From: Lytechinus pictus
Taxonomy: Eukaryota
Direction: 5' to 3'
DNA: 64,000 bases
Assembly (NCBI RefSeq): GCF_037042905.1
Contig: NC_087246.1
Location: 12,772,001-12,836,000 of the forward strand
The notes beneath the pieces are model-generated. The model worked only from the letters and a program-made list of their open reading frames with translations, did no database searches and was not told where the DNA came from. Made by a program: the position numbers and the translations under genes. Shown one piece after another: positions 35,631-47,870 of the stretch (positions are counted from its first letter, which is position 1; each line of letters opens with the position of its first letter).

Positions 35631-37995
35631 GCCTAATATATGGCACTGACAAAATCCGACGAATATTGCTGATCTTATTTTTTTTACGTTTTCCATTCAT
35701 TTTCCTCCTTGGTATTAGTGTCGTCTAAAGTTAAAAGAGGAACGTTTCTGAGGGACACTACAGCTGGTGACGCCCCGATTCGTTCCATTTTGCCTTCTAT
35801 CGTTTTCATTTCATGATAGGAATACCCAAACGAGTTCCCACAAGTTTAGTATTTCATAGATATAGCCGCTACAATTCAATTTGTTATTCCCATAAGAATC
35901 ATATAATTCGTGGACAACTCAATTTTTCAACTTAACTTCATGCTTCGTGGGAAGGAATTAAAGATTCAAATTATTCTATTTGAATGAAGGTAATGCATTT
36001 TTCTTTAAGTGGTTTCTCTTGCTTCAAAGTTTGATATTAGGTGAATTTATACTGCAGTACTTTTGTCTTTTCAAAGCATACATAACTTGGATTCAGTATA
36101 CAGTAGTTACTGTTCTATGAAATACAACAAAGCACGAAACATAGGAACATCAATGCTGTTTGTGAACTCATCTATTAACATGATATGATTAATCGGTTTG
36201 GCAAATCTATAATATAAATGGCTCTGCTTTTGGAATAAGCATGGCGCCCTCTTATACATTCAATGAATGCTATAATGGAGAAAATAGAAAGGAAACTGTT
36301 TTGAAATGATTCTAATATACATGTATGTAAACGATTGTGTATTAATATGTTTTTATTACTAAGGATTTTTATTAAAAAATATCTGCAATTTATAAATACA
36401 TCTCATTCATTTTTGGATAGTAATAAAATCATGCGAAGGGAAAATCTCTCTTTTTGATTGGTAGTTCTGTGTTATTGGGTTGTATAATATGCTGTCAATG
36501 AAATCGTCATTGAAGAGATTAAACGAAAATAGATTAATGACTAAATTTGATTTGTGTATGGATAGACTCTCAATAATATGAAAACAAATTTGGCCATTTT
36601 ACCTTAAAAGTCCTTAATACACGTTTGTGATCAGCTAAAAATTGTTTTCAGGGTTGTATAATATTGCTGATTAGGATTTTATTTTGGAGCGGGCCGATGA
36701 ATTTCTTTCAGTTATAGGTCTTGAGTTTCAGATTTAGGTATACCACTTTCAAAATGAATTGTGGTAGTACAATTTTCAGTTCATTTTATTGAATTAGAAA
36801 GAATGACGTACACTTACTCAATCAAATAGATAAAGGGTGTGATGTCTACACTATCAGCCATGTTTACTTGGTAAATTAAATTAGAATGGATATCTTTATC
36901 GTTTGTCTCATGACATGTCGCCAGCAGCTGCACGCGATTATCTAAGAAACGATGTCAACAATTATTGATAGTACGGCTGTACAATCTACAGGCAACTTTT
37001 TCAAAGGTTACTTTAATCTTTAAAAATAACTTTTAACGGTTATTTGAATTTATAAATATTTTAGAAACATTTCCATGTTTCATCACGAAATTTTGATATA
37101 ATGTAATATGTTTTGATACATGCATGGAAAAGAACAACAAAGTCGCAAGTGATCATATTCATATTCAATATTATCATTCTTATTATTATGAGTTGTGACA
37201 TAATTATTAACAATTTTGAAATAAGCAAATTACAGAGCAAAAAAGTGGAGCTTTTGGTGTAAGGTTGTGATATCTGTGCAAATACACTCAGAATGCAATA
37301 GACCTAATTCGGTCTCTAATCACTCGACTAGAGACCAGTTTTGGAGTGAACAAGAGATCTTTGCAAAGAGACTGTGCATCTGTTGGACATTTTCACTCCA
37401 AAAAGAGCAAAAATTTGCTCTTAACAAATGCAAATCTCATTTCATAATGTCTGGTCCTTGGTAACACTCTGAGATGATCGAGTGTGATTTAACTCTTTTG
37501 CATTAAGAGTGTGCATCAATGATAGCACAATTCATTTTAAATATTGTTATTGAGTGAAATTGCGCCCTCTAGTATTCATTTTACATCCCTAGTGAATCGT
37601 CCATCCATCGTGCTTTTCATAAACATATAGAACCTCCAAACTTTCAAAACTTTTACCGTTTTATTGCCCTTTCGAATTTGACGTGAGAAATGATTGAATT
37701 ATTGTTCCCTTTATTTTTTTATCATAAATTAAATCGTCTTCAGATATTCTCAGTCGTGCCCAGTAGTCAACTTCCTATTCTAACACTGCAAATCCCAAAT
37801 GCGGAACACTATCCTCGATTTAAAATATGCATGCCCTCTATTGAAATCCTACAATAGAACTAAAAAATGACGAACGCAGAAATTTACCCGCAGAAAGAAT
37901 TGTTCAATTCGGTCCATTCTACCATTCACACCGTTTCCAATTTATACTGACATTAACATTTTATGTTTATACTATAAAATTGGAGCAAGCAACTA

Positions 37996-39139
37996 AACCC
38001 CTCAAATAAAGTTTGGAAATCTGTGTTTGGCCATTAATTTCTCCCAATTTCCGATTTTATACAATGCATATTTGATATCATTCAATGGATCATTTAATTC
38101 TCTTTAAAATGATACCATGCTTGTTATGATCATGCCATCAGGGAAAGAGCAGGATTCAAAAGTGTTGGATGATGTCTGAATTGAAAAGCTGCAAAACGAG
38201 CAAAATAGGTTTGGAAATCTGAGTTTGACCATTAATTTCTCCTAACTCACAATTCTATACAATGCATATTTAATATCAGTTAAAAGATCATTTAATTTTC
38301 TTTAAAATGATACCATGCTTGTTATGATCATACCATCACAAAAAGAGCAGGATTCAAAAGTGTTGGATGAGGTCTGAATTGAAAAGCTGCAAAACGAGCA
38401 GAAATAGTCATGAAGGGTCAATACAGAACATGATTCTTTTTCTTTGTCAATAAAGATGAAAATCCATTCAAATGAAGCCCCTGCTTCTGTAGTGATGATA
38501 CTGTGAGATAACATTGTTTGAGTCGTGGTTTGAAATACCCATGCATGTTTGTTTGTTATGTTTTTGCTTGTGCAGAGGTGTGTTTGATTCCATGTTAATG
38601 GTGATGTTAAGGTGCATGAAAACATTTAAAAGAAACCGCTGAGAAACTCACTCATCACCACTGAAAAAAGAACAGTGAGTTTCAATATTGTGTCCTTTTG
38701 CAACTTTTGAATTTTGAACTTGCCCCACATTTCAAGGCACTGCACCTCCATGTGATTCATAATCATATCCTGTAGGGTATCATTTTAAAGAAAATTAAAT
38801 GAGCTATTCATTGATAGTAATTAAACATTGATATTTACTAAAACCGATGAGGAATTATCGATCAAATAAAAATAAAAAACGCTGACAAACTCACTCATCA
38901 CCACGGAAACAAGAACAGTGACTTTCAATATTGTGTCATTTTGCAACTTTAGAATTTTGACCTTGCCCCACATTTCAAGGCACTGTACCTCCATGTGAAC
39001 CAAATCATACCATGTCGGGTGTCATTTTAAAGAAAATTAAATGCTCTATTTATTGCTATCAATTACACATTTATATTTACTAAAAAAAAAGGAGGGATTT
39101 TCGATCAAAGTTAGATTTCCAAACTTTTTTTGAGGAGTT
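37996..39139. mobile_element. TA-flanked non-autonomous DNA transposon with two internal tandem duplications
   Basis: TIRs AACCCCTCAAATAAAGTTTGGAAATCT / AGATTTCCAAACTTTTTTTGAGGAGTT, TA on both sides; ~198-bp repeat (38011, 38209) and ~243-bp repeat (38637, 38880). Confidence 0.8.
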
Positions 39140-40000
39140 TATTTATCTAATATTTTTTTCCAACTTTTCTTGCTTCCAATTTTCAATCACGCGACTGCAC
39201 ACGAGGTGTTGGTTTCTTTCAGACCACGTGTGGGTGTTTGATGAAGGAATTTCTATGTATTTTTAAAATACATCGATCTGGAGGTTTTAACCCCATTTTT
39301 CTTCATCGCCGAGGTGGCTCTTTACTTAGAAACTTCAATCAGATCAGTCTAACTACATTAAAGAATGTGGAAGAAGACATCAATATAATATTTTGAAAGT
39401 GGTAACTGTAAAAAAAAAAACGAAACAATTAGTAACAGAAATCAATAGATAAACATTATGTGAAAGGGGGAAAAACAGGGAAACGGGACCCAAATAATAG
39501 TAATCATTCCAATGAATTGTGAATTAAAAAGTCAACATTGAATGGGGAAAAAAACAGAGCGTTTTAGTAAGTTGATGGAGTTGTAGCAAACCAATATAAT
39601 AGCAAAGATCAATACCGATTATTAGTTATAGTAATAGAAGACTTACATCAGTGAAAATGGCACAGAACTGGAAGCCTGACTGCTAGGATCCACAGTACTC
39701 TTCCAGAATCTCGGGTAAAGGTAAAGGAACTGTTATATTCTGGATAGACTAATGCTCATATATATACACTAAAATGAATTCTGAAAATTTGGGTGTTATT
39801 GTTCTGAAAGTAAAAACCGAAAGTAGAAACCGCGCTTTCTCATTATTCTAATAGAATTCTCCTGTGGAAGAGCTGACCACGCCCTGCCCTATTCGGTGTA
39901 TCTAGAACTATCTACGATGCTTCTCTGTTTTACACTATCTGTAAAAAAATGGATTCAACATTGAAGGTTGTCTTACTTTTTTTTACTTGCAAATAATAAC

Positions 40001-40410
40001 TTTTTAAACGCCCGTCCTACGGGACTTATTATATGGTATTACGCTCGATGTCCGTCTATATGTCCGTCCGTCCGTCTGTCTATCTGTCCGTCCGTTAACT
40101 TTTCTTTGAAAACGCGATAATTTCAGTTTAACTTAACCTAGGCTCATATAATTTGGTGTGTATAATAACATGCAGCATGTATTTTAGAAAGCCTATCGAT
40201 TTTGAGGTCAAAATGTCAAAGGTTAAGGTCACAGTGAGATATTTTCATCTTACCCTTCTGAAGTCCTTTTAAACGCGATAACTTTAGTTTTTAAAACTTA
40301 ACCGAAGCTCATATAATTTGGTGTGTATTATACTAGCATGGATCACACGAAGCCTATTGATTTTGAGGTCAAAACTCCATTTTCCGCGTTTCAGGCGAGC
40401 GTTTTATGTG
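40001..40410 (+). mobile_element. Helentron-associated (HINE/DINE-1-like) non-autonomous element
   Basis: T-rich 5' end, subterminal CGCCCG / CAGGCG inverted motif, (GTCC/GTCT)n microsatellite, internal ~100-bp duplication (40110, 40271), 3' stem-loop GTGCTCGC-CCCA-GCGACAC. Confidence 0.65.
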
Positions 40411-43300
40411 CTCGCCCCAGCGACACTCTATATAGTTGATAATAATGATGATGATGATAATGATGATAATGATAATAACAATAAGATAATAATAATAATA
40501 ATGATAATAATAATATACAACATACCGCTTAATACAACATTTCGAAGCAACTGTATACTATTACCCGCGGCTTTATATGACAATACCGAGTAATTTATTG
40601 ATAAATGTCCTTGACAAAATTATTTCCTTTCGTTTCTTTGTTATTTTCTTCTGAAATAACTGTAATGTAGCTAAAAAGAAATATTACGCACTTATTTTCA
40701 TGACCAAACTATGCTATTTTAGGGTGAAACATTTTGAATTATCATGTTGATCCAGTCTTCAGATTTACAACATCTGTTTGCTTTCTGAAAGTCACATCTG
40801 TATCCTGTTTATATATCTCAGCAAGCAGAACAACTATTCGTCGATAAATATTATTTCTATACGGTCTTTTCTGATATTACTTGTTACTTTGGAGAGTATT
40901 AAGAAGGAATTTATTTAGACAATACAAATTGCATTCATTTTCTATATGGATTGGATGATAAATGTATACGAAGACTTACAACTATACATCTCTCTTCATT
41001 ACTTTCCTTTGTCTTATTGTAATTTTGTAGAGATTCGTCTTGGTTCGTATCGTCACGTCCTGCTATGTCTTATCTTGGGTGTTTTTGTTATTGTATTTTC
41101 CTTACTTCTTGTTTGCACGTCAGTACATTTGAAATCCTAAATATTCTTGTCAGTAGCTCTTTCTTCATTTAAGATAAAATACATTGTTTGATTAGATATT
41201 ACTGAGCTGCGAGGTCCCATTTGTCACATGTGTCTGTGATATGTTGTAAACATGAACCCTTGAAAAGAAAATTGCACCAGAAATTCGTAATAAAAAGTGA
41301 TCCAAAACACCATGGCAATTTCATTGCATAATACTAACATGTGTTACATTGATATTTTCAGGAGATTAATAAAATTGTGATGATTTTTAAGTAATAGATA
41401 TCTTTTAAGTGTCTACATAAATTTGATTTTTCCATCCTTGATTTCGTTTTAAATCCCCCTTCCATACAAGCAATATCAATGCACGATACACATCAAAGTT
41501 CGTGATGTTTAAAATTTTTAAAATTAGTTCTTTGTAATGTTAACCAATGCCTTTTAAGACATAGTTAGACGTGTATTCAGAAATTGTAAATGTGTCCGAA
41601 TCGATATAGATAGATAGAATTGGATGGATATGGAGAGAATGAGGACTTCTTGTTATCAGTCTGTGAATCCATTTATTTAATTATAAAGGGGTTATAGTAC
41701 TTTTCTTCTCGAAATGCCAACGTCTCCCCAGAGTGCACCATTTGCAAATAATATCACTAAACATGGCGAATCATGAATATTAAGAGAAATGGGAATGGGG
41801 TAGAGAAATGGAAAAAGGGAATACAGACATAAAAAGTATAGTAATAAAGTATAAAGAGTACTTTATGTTAATGCTAATATAATATCTAATGAGCGTGAGT
41901 GCCCGTCTCTGCGCGCTTGCGATTGTTTTACTGATGGATGTATTATGTCAGAAGTTTTGTCCGAGTGTGTGTATATATGGGTGGAACCTGTGAAAGGTGT
42001 GTATGTTCATAATGTTATGTTCAAAGATACGTGGATTTATAATGTTTGTGCGTGTGAGGGTATACGTATCACTATGAAGGAAATGAATCAAGTATAGGCC
42101 TATCTATTACAATATAATTGTCATAAAGTACTTTAAAACTATCGGGGGGAAAATACGGGAAAATACGAAAGGTTTGTATCCTCGCTTGTATGTTTGTGTT
42201 AGATTGTGTGGGCCATTAGGTGTGTGATGGTGTGTGTGTGTGTGTCTGTGATGAAACAGTGATAAAAGAGTGATAAAGAGAGAGGGGAGATTAAAAATGT
42301 GTGTATGTACGTGAGGGTGTGTGTGTGTATGTACGTGTTAAAGCGCGGTAATGTTTGCGAGCACGATAGACATCTTCAAGCCCTAAGTGATAAATTAACC
42401 ATCATTCCAGACGCCGGGCCATTAGCGCACATATTTACTGAAACATTGGAACATGCAGTAAACAAAGATGAAATGAGAGAGCAATAGTCACAGATACAGT
42501 GAGAGTTTGAATTGGGGGAGATGGGGAATGATTATCAACATTATGCATAGGCTATTGGTAATTGTACTATTATCACCCTAATTTGGAATTTATATAGCAA
42601 AATACGCTAATTTTAGCCTAGACTTGAGCTTATCAAACTTCTGTTTAAAGTAAATCCTGAAAATGTAGAGATGGGAAGAAGAGATAGAGTGGAGAGATTG
42701 GGAAGATGAGGGGTATCTCTGAATATCAGTGCTTGGAAACACGAGCTAAATTCATCTTTTCATCAAACATTCTATGTCCTAGTTTACATTAAAAGCACAC
42801 CAATTCCAACACTTGACGTAGATAACTTCTCTGGTAAGTGTTCATCAAATTAAACTTGCCCTTATTTCTACGTTTTTGCTCCCCTATAAAGAGGCGCCCT
42901 GAATGCATCCCCTCCCCTGATAAATGGAAGGAAAGGGAGCACCAGACTACAGAGACAGAAAGACTAGCAAATGTTTGCACATCTGATCGTCTTCTGTCGC
43001 ATTTTAAGGCTAAAATATTCTCGCTGTTTCCCTTTCTCATTACGCGTGCCAAAATGTTTGCCTATTTCAAACTGCGAGCATTTTTAGTGTCATCAGTCCA
43101 AATTTATTTTTGAATGTCGGGGTGACACTTAGCGCAAGAACCAGAAGATGAAGAGAGCCTTTTGGTTTGTCGAGACGAATAGAACACGACATCTTTCGAA
43201 AGAAGAGAGGCTTGAAAATAGCTGTCATTCATTCAAACAAGTTTTATATCGATTTATATAGTTTTATATCGATTTCCAATATCATGTCTTGGTATATCCC

Positions 43301-43545
43301 TGTTCACAGCGTGTACACTGTATCCAGGGGTGTGTTCACAGTGTGTACACTGTATCCAGGGTTGTGTTCACAGTGTGTACACTGTATCCAGGGGTGTGTT
43401 CACAGTGTGTTCACTGTATCCAGGGGTGTGTTCACAGTGTGTACACTGTATCCAGGGATGTGTTCACAGTGTGTACACTGTATCCAGGGGTGTGTTCACA
43501 GTGTGTACACTGTATCCAAGGGTGTGTTCACAGTGTGTACACTGT
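43301..43545. repeat. 32-bp minisatellite, ~7.6 copies (TGTTCACAGTGTGTACACTGTATCCAGGGGTG)
   Basis: Near-identical tandem units, each with an ACAGTGT-GT-ACACTGT inverted repeat. Confidence 0.95.
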
Positions 43546-43752
43546 AAAAAATATTGGGTAAAATTTCAACCAGCACGAGGGTAATTATGTGCCCAACCAA
43601 TTTGGGGCAGTATTTTACCCCTTACCCAATGCGGGAAGCATATTGTCCAGTAAGGTAAAAAAATAAGCAGCAATTACTTAGAATGGGCAAAATTTTCATC
43701 ACACTAGATGAATAAAAAATGCCCCAAAACAAATGCCCAATGTTGGTTGGGC
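43540..43752. mobile_element. Left part of a TA|CACTGTAAAAA-type MITE
   Basis: TACACTGTAAAAAATATTGGGTAAAATTT terminus; related ends at 50477-50756 and ~58440-58474. Confidence 0.5.
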
Positions 43753-45020
43753 ATTTACATGAATCAGTTATCATATTTTTTGTTCATAATACATGTAGAT
43801 GAATCTGAAACGGGTCTAGTGAATCGAGATTATTAGAATTCGAAACTTGGTCCCTTGACTTTCTCTCCCCTTTGACTTGTCCACTTTTCCCAAGTTTGAA
43901 AGATGGTTATCTGATTCAGATGTGAATAGGGTTTTGGGAGAGAAATGATGGATGGTCATTTCCCATAACGAGTCTATTCATCTGATAATAAATTAAGGAA
44001 AAACGTGAAAGAACCGAGGATTCTAAAAAGTCCCATTGTTATTCCCCTTTGTATTACTTCCCGAGGTACATGACAACACAAAGACAATGATTGATGTATG
44101 ATGGTGATCAATAAAATTAAGGGATGAAAAAAATGATACTGAAGTGAAAGAGAGTGAGAGGGGGGAAGAGAGAGATAGAAAGAGAAAGAGAGAGGGGGGG
44201 GAGAGGACGGGTTAGATAATACATTAAAACATGTAGAGAATGGGTCAAGTTGTCACCAAAAGATGAAAAAATTAAAAGAAGGGAAGAAAGTGAAATTTGA
44301 TAAGCATTGACGTAATTTTGTGCGTGGTAATACGGAGGTGTGTGTAGCGGGGAGGGGGTTTCTACGTGTTATGCGATACATATTATACAAATTATATCAT
44401 ATTAAAGCTTAGATCTTCAGCTTTATCATAATTTAAAAATCGTTTGGGCTCAAACAGAAATTAAGTGGAAAAATAACAACTTTTGTTGCATGAAAATAAT
44501 TATTTTCTTTCATGTTTTAGATCAAAAGTTTTACCAATATTACACAATCTTTGTAAAAATCCAAACAAATGACCTGAAAAACTAACTTTTTTTCTTTATA
44601 AAGTTACCAAAAACATTAAATTTGGTCAATATTTAGAGCAGCAATGGCCGAATAAAAAGAGGTATTTTCGTCCGCACCAAGCTCATTAACAATGCAAAAT
44701 CCTCTAGTAATGAATATCACTTGGATAAAAGAAGCTACTTTTTCAGGGCTTGCCGACTGACTGGATACGTGTCAATTGTTTAAGCCTAATCGCGATTTTT
44801 TTTAATCTGAAGATTAATCAAATAGTAAATTTTAAACAGCATTCTAAATTAGAAAATATTCGTTTAGATTTCAAAAGGTCAAATCTCACTCCTCATTTTA
44901 TGTGCCACTTCTCTTTTATGTCAGAAGGTGTATTTGATAAAAAATACATTAACTGACATATGAGAGAATAAACATGTTTCAAAATGAAGGTACTGAATCC
45001 ATTGTGTCTTCTTAATGGGC

Positions 45021-45092
45021 CCCTCTGTGGTCTAGTGGTTAAGGCATCGGCGTTCTAAGCTGGGGTCCCGGTTTCGATTCCTGGCAGAGATA
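45021..45092 (+). pseudogene. tRNA-like sequence (SINE head or tRNA pseudogene; TCT in the anticodon position)
   Basis: A-box TGGTCTAGTGG, B-box GTTTCGATTCC, partial acceptor stem CTCTG/CAGAG; mismatched stems argue against a functional tRNA. Confidence 0.6.
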
Positions 45093-45209
45093 TATTTTCG
45101 GCCTCACCAAGTTTAAAAAAGGGAGGATAGCTCTGGAAAAATTGGTTAATGTTACGTCAACCATTGTTTTCCATTCCCATTGAGTTAAAACATATTTAAA
45201 TCAAATATG

Positions 45210-45413
45210 CATGGCCGTTGGGGGCAGCACGCGTAAACTTTATTGAAAAAAAAATCATAAGCGAACGAGCTTGTCATTGGGGCGCTTTTGCCTATTTTAC
45301 AGTGGAATCGAAGGATTTTGTTTGCATACTTTTGGTGAATTTTGTGAAAATTTTAAGTAAAAAAATGTACTGGGGGGGGGGGGGGGGACTGCCCCCTGCT
45401 GCGTACGGCCATG
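45210..45413. mobile_element. Short hAT-like MITE
   Basis: TIRs CATGGCCGT / ACGGCCATG with poly-G subterminal tract. Confidence 0.55.
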
Positions 45414-47351
45414 CATTATGTGATTTCTCGACATTTGTTTAGCAGGCATTGTTATAAATTTTTACATATCGGTATGCATTCCTTATCTATTACTGGTATC
45501 TACTTTTATTTCATTATTATTTGATGGATTCGAACATTTAAAAATCATATTTTAGGACAGTTAGGTACGTTATAAATTAAAAAATGTAAGTTATTATACA
45601 ATTAGTTTTTGTTGGTTACAATTCTAACGGTGGCAATTAAAACGTATAGCTTGTAGGATGTATATTGATCTACTAATGGATGGGGATAATGAGGATGTAT
45701 ATATTGACATGTTTATAAAATATCCACAATCCGAAACATCTGGACCTACGCACTATTCTGATTTGTAGGTTGTGAATTGTAGGAGATACTTATTGTGGAA
45801 ATTGACTTATCTTCGGATATTAATGGAATTATTATTGTTATATTAAATAAATTTACCTTCTCTGCATCAACTACGACTATCTGTACTTTTATACTGACAT
45901 TGAGATATAAAGTAATATTCTTATCTTTAATGGAATACAATAAAATTATCTCCATATGATGCATGGATGTATGTCTATGTGTGAGTGTGAGAGGTTGATA
46001 CGCGTGTGTGGGTATGCGAGGGTGGATGTGTGTGTGTTCCTTTTCTTCTTCTTATTTTTTTTTGAAATCTACAAAGTGAACAATTTGATTAGTTTATATT
46101 GGCAACAATTTCGTTCAAAGCACTAGTCAATAATTACACACATAAACACACACCCACACACGCAATTAAAATGAAGAAAAATAAAGAAGAACCTCTAGCA
46201 ACACTCTCTTTGCGAAAGGGACGTCCAACCCTTACACAATATTGAATTTGCTGTCCAGTGTCATTTAAAAGTGGTTCAGTTTATGAAGGTAATTTTGATG
46301 ATTGATGGGAAACAAATACCCTGGTAATATTCTTCACCGATCATCATCGTGATATTGGGTCGCAATATTGCACTAATGATAATCATCTAAAGTACCTCTA
46401 TCAGCTAAGTGTTGCGAGCGGGGCGTTGTGTGTGTGTGTAGGACAAAGATTGGATATTCATGCGACCACGAAATTCAGAGAGTGGCCGATCACGGCGATA
46501 TCCTCCCCTCCGCGCAGCATACAAACTATCCATATCTCGTTAAAAATATATACACTTATAAGTCGCTTCGTACTTCGTGCAGTTGCCATGGCAAGGCTGT
46601 AGCGACGCGTCCGTTGCTAAGCACGTGGGCTATGCCCCTAATAAAAAAAATGAGGCGCCGCCGACACCAAAGAAGTCAGGCAGTATATGATACAGTATTG
46701 ACGTTTGTTCGATAATCGATGTGTTCGTTGTGCTACAATATGATATCTATATATATGTTTTTTTTCCTTTCAATATTGTTGGTTGGATTTGTCATGCTTG
46801 TACTGTTTTATTGCACAGCCTTAAAGTTTATGGAACCTATAAACGTGGGTTCGAAACTATACTTAAACGTATTATGTCATTTCCTTCATTAAAATTTCAT
46901 ATTACCTGCCTCTGTAGAACCATCAACAAATTGAATTATCAAAGAGCCGTACATTTTCTATTTCACTGGTATTGTTTTTTCGACTATAGAATATTATATT
47001 CAATAATCATGAGATTGATAACCGATGTGACGGGTTTGGCTTGTGTGTGTACATACTCGTGCGTATGATTAATCATCATTATCATCGAGACAATGATTTC
47101 TCATCACCCCCGGGTCCTCATACAATAGACTCGAAGTGAAAATGAAAAATCATGACAGCCTCCCATTGTGATATGATTCATTCTTCGACACCCAGCTAGG
47201 TTCTGTCAAATATTGTATATTCTTGAATTCGACATTCACTTGACATAATGTCCTCTGTCATAATTATGCCACTGTCATACAATTAAACCGGCTCCAAAGC
47301 AACCTGTGATGTTCCATTGGATATATATAGTAGATCGGGTTTGATTCGGTT

Positions 47352-47870
47352 TCATCATCATCACTGCTATCATCACATTTATCACCATCATCATTACCAT
47401 CAACATCATCATCATCGACATCATCACCTTNNNNNNNNNNNNNNNNNNNNNNNNNNNNNNNNNNNNNNNNNNNNNNNNNNNNNNNNNNNNNNNNNNNNNN
47501 NNNNNNNNNNNNNNNNNNNNNNNNNNNNNNNNNNNNNNNNNNNNNNNNNNNNNNNNNNNNNNNNNNNNNNNNNNNNNNNNNNNNNNNNNNNNNNNNNNNN
47601 NNNNNNNNNNNNNNNNNNNNNNNNNNNNNNNNNNNNNNNNNNNNNNNNNNNNNNNNNNNNNNNNNNNNNNNNNNNNNNNNNNNNNNNNNNNNNNNNNNNN
47701 NNNNNNNNNNNNNNNNNNNNNNNNCATCTTTATCATATTCACCACCATCATCATCACCAGCATCACCATCATCACCATCATCATCGTCATTTTCGTCATC
47801 ACCATCATCATTATCATCATTTTTATCATGACTATGATCATCATCACCATTATCATCCTCATCATCATTA
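47352..47870. repeat. (CAT/CAC)n microsatellite spanning assembly gap 47431-47724
   Basis: Trinucleotide tract on both sides of the N run. Confidence 0.9.

Noticed and set aside
39683-39739. Minus-strand peptide NITVPLPLPEILEEYCGS resembling a SOCS-box end
   Set aside because: No BC-box or upstream in-frame exon found; too short to support.
43301-43545. Palindromic 32-bp repeats resembling a CRISPR array; Cys-rich ORFs in three frames
   Set aside because: No unique spacers, no cas genes, eukaryotic context; the ORFs are translations of the tandem repeat.
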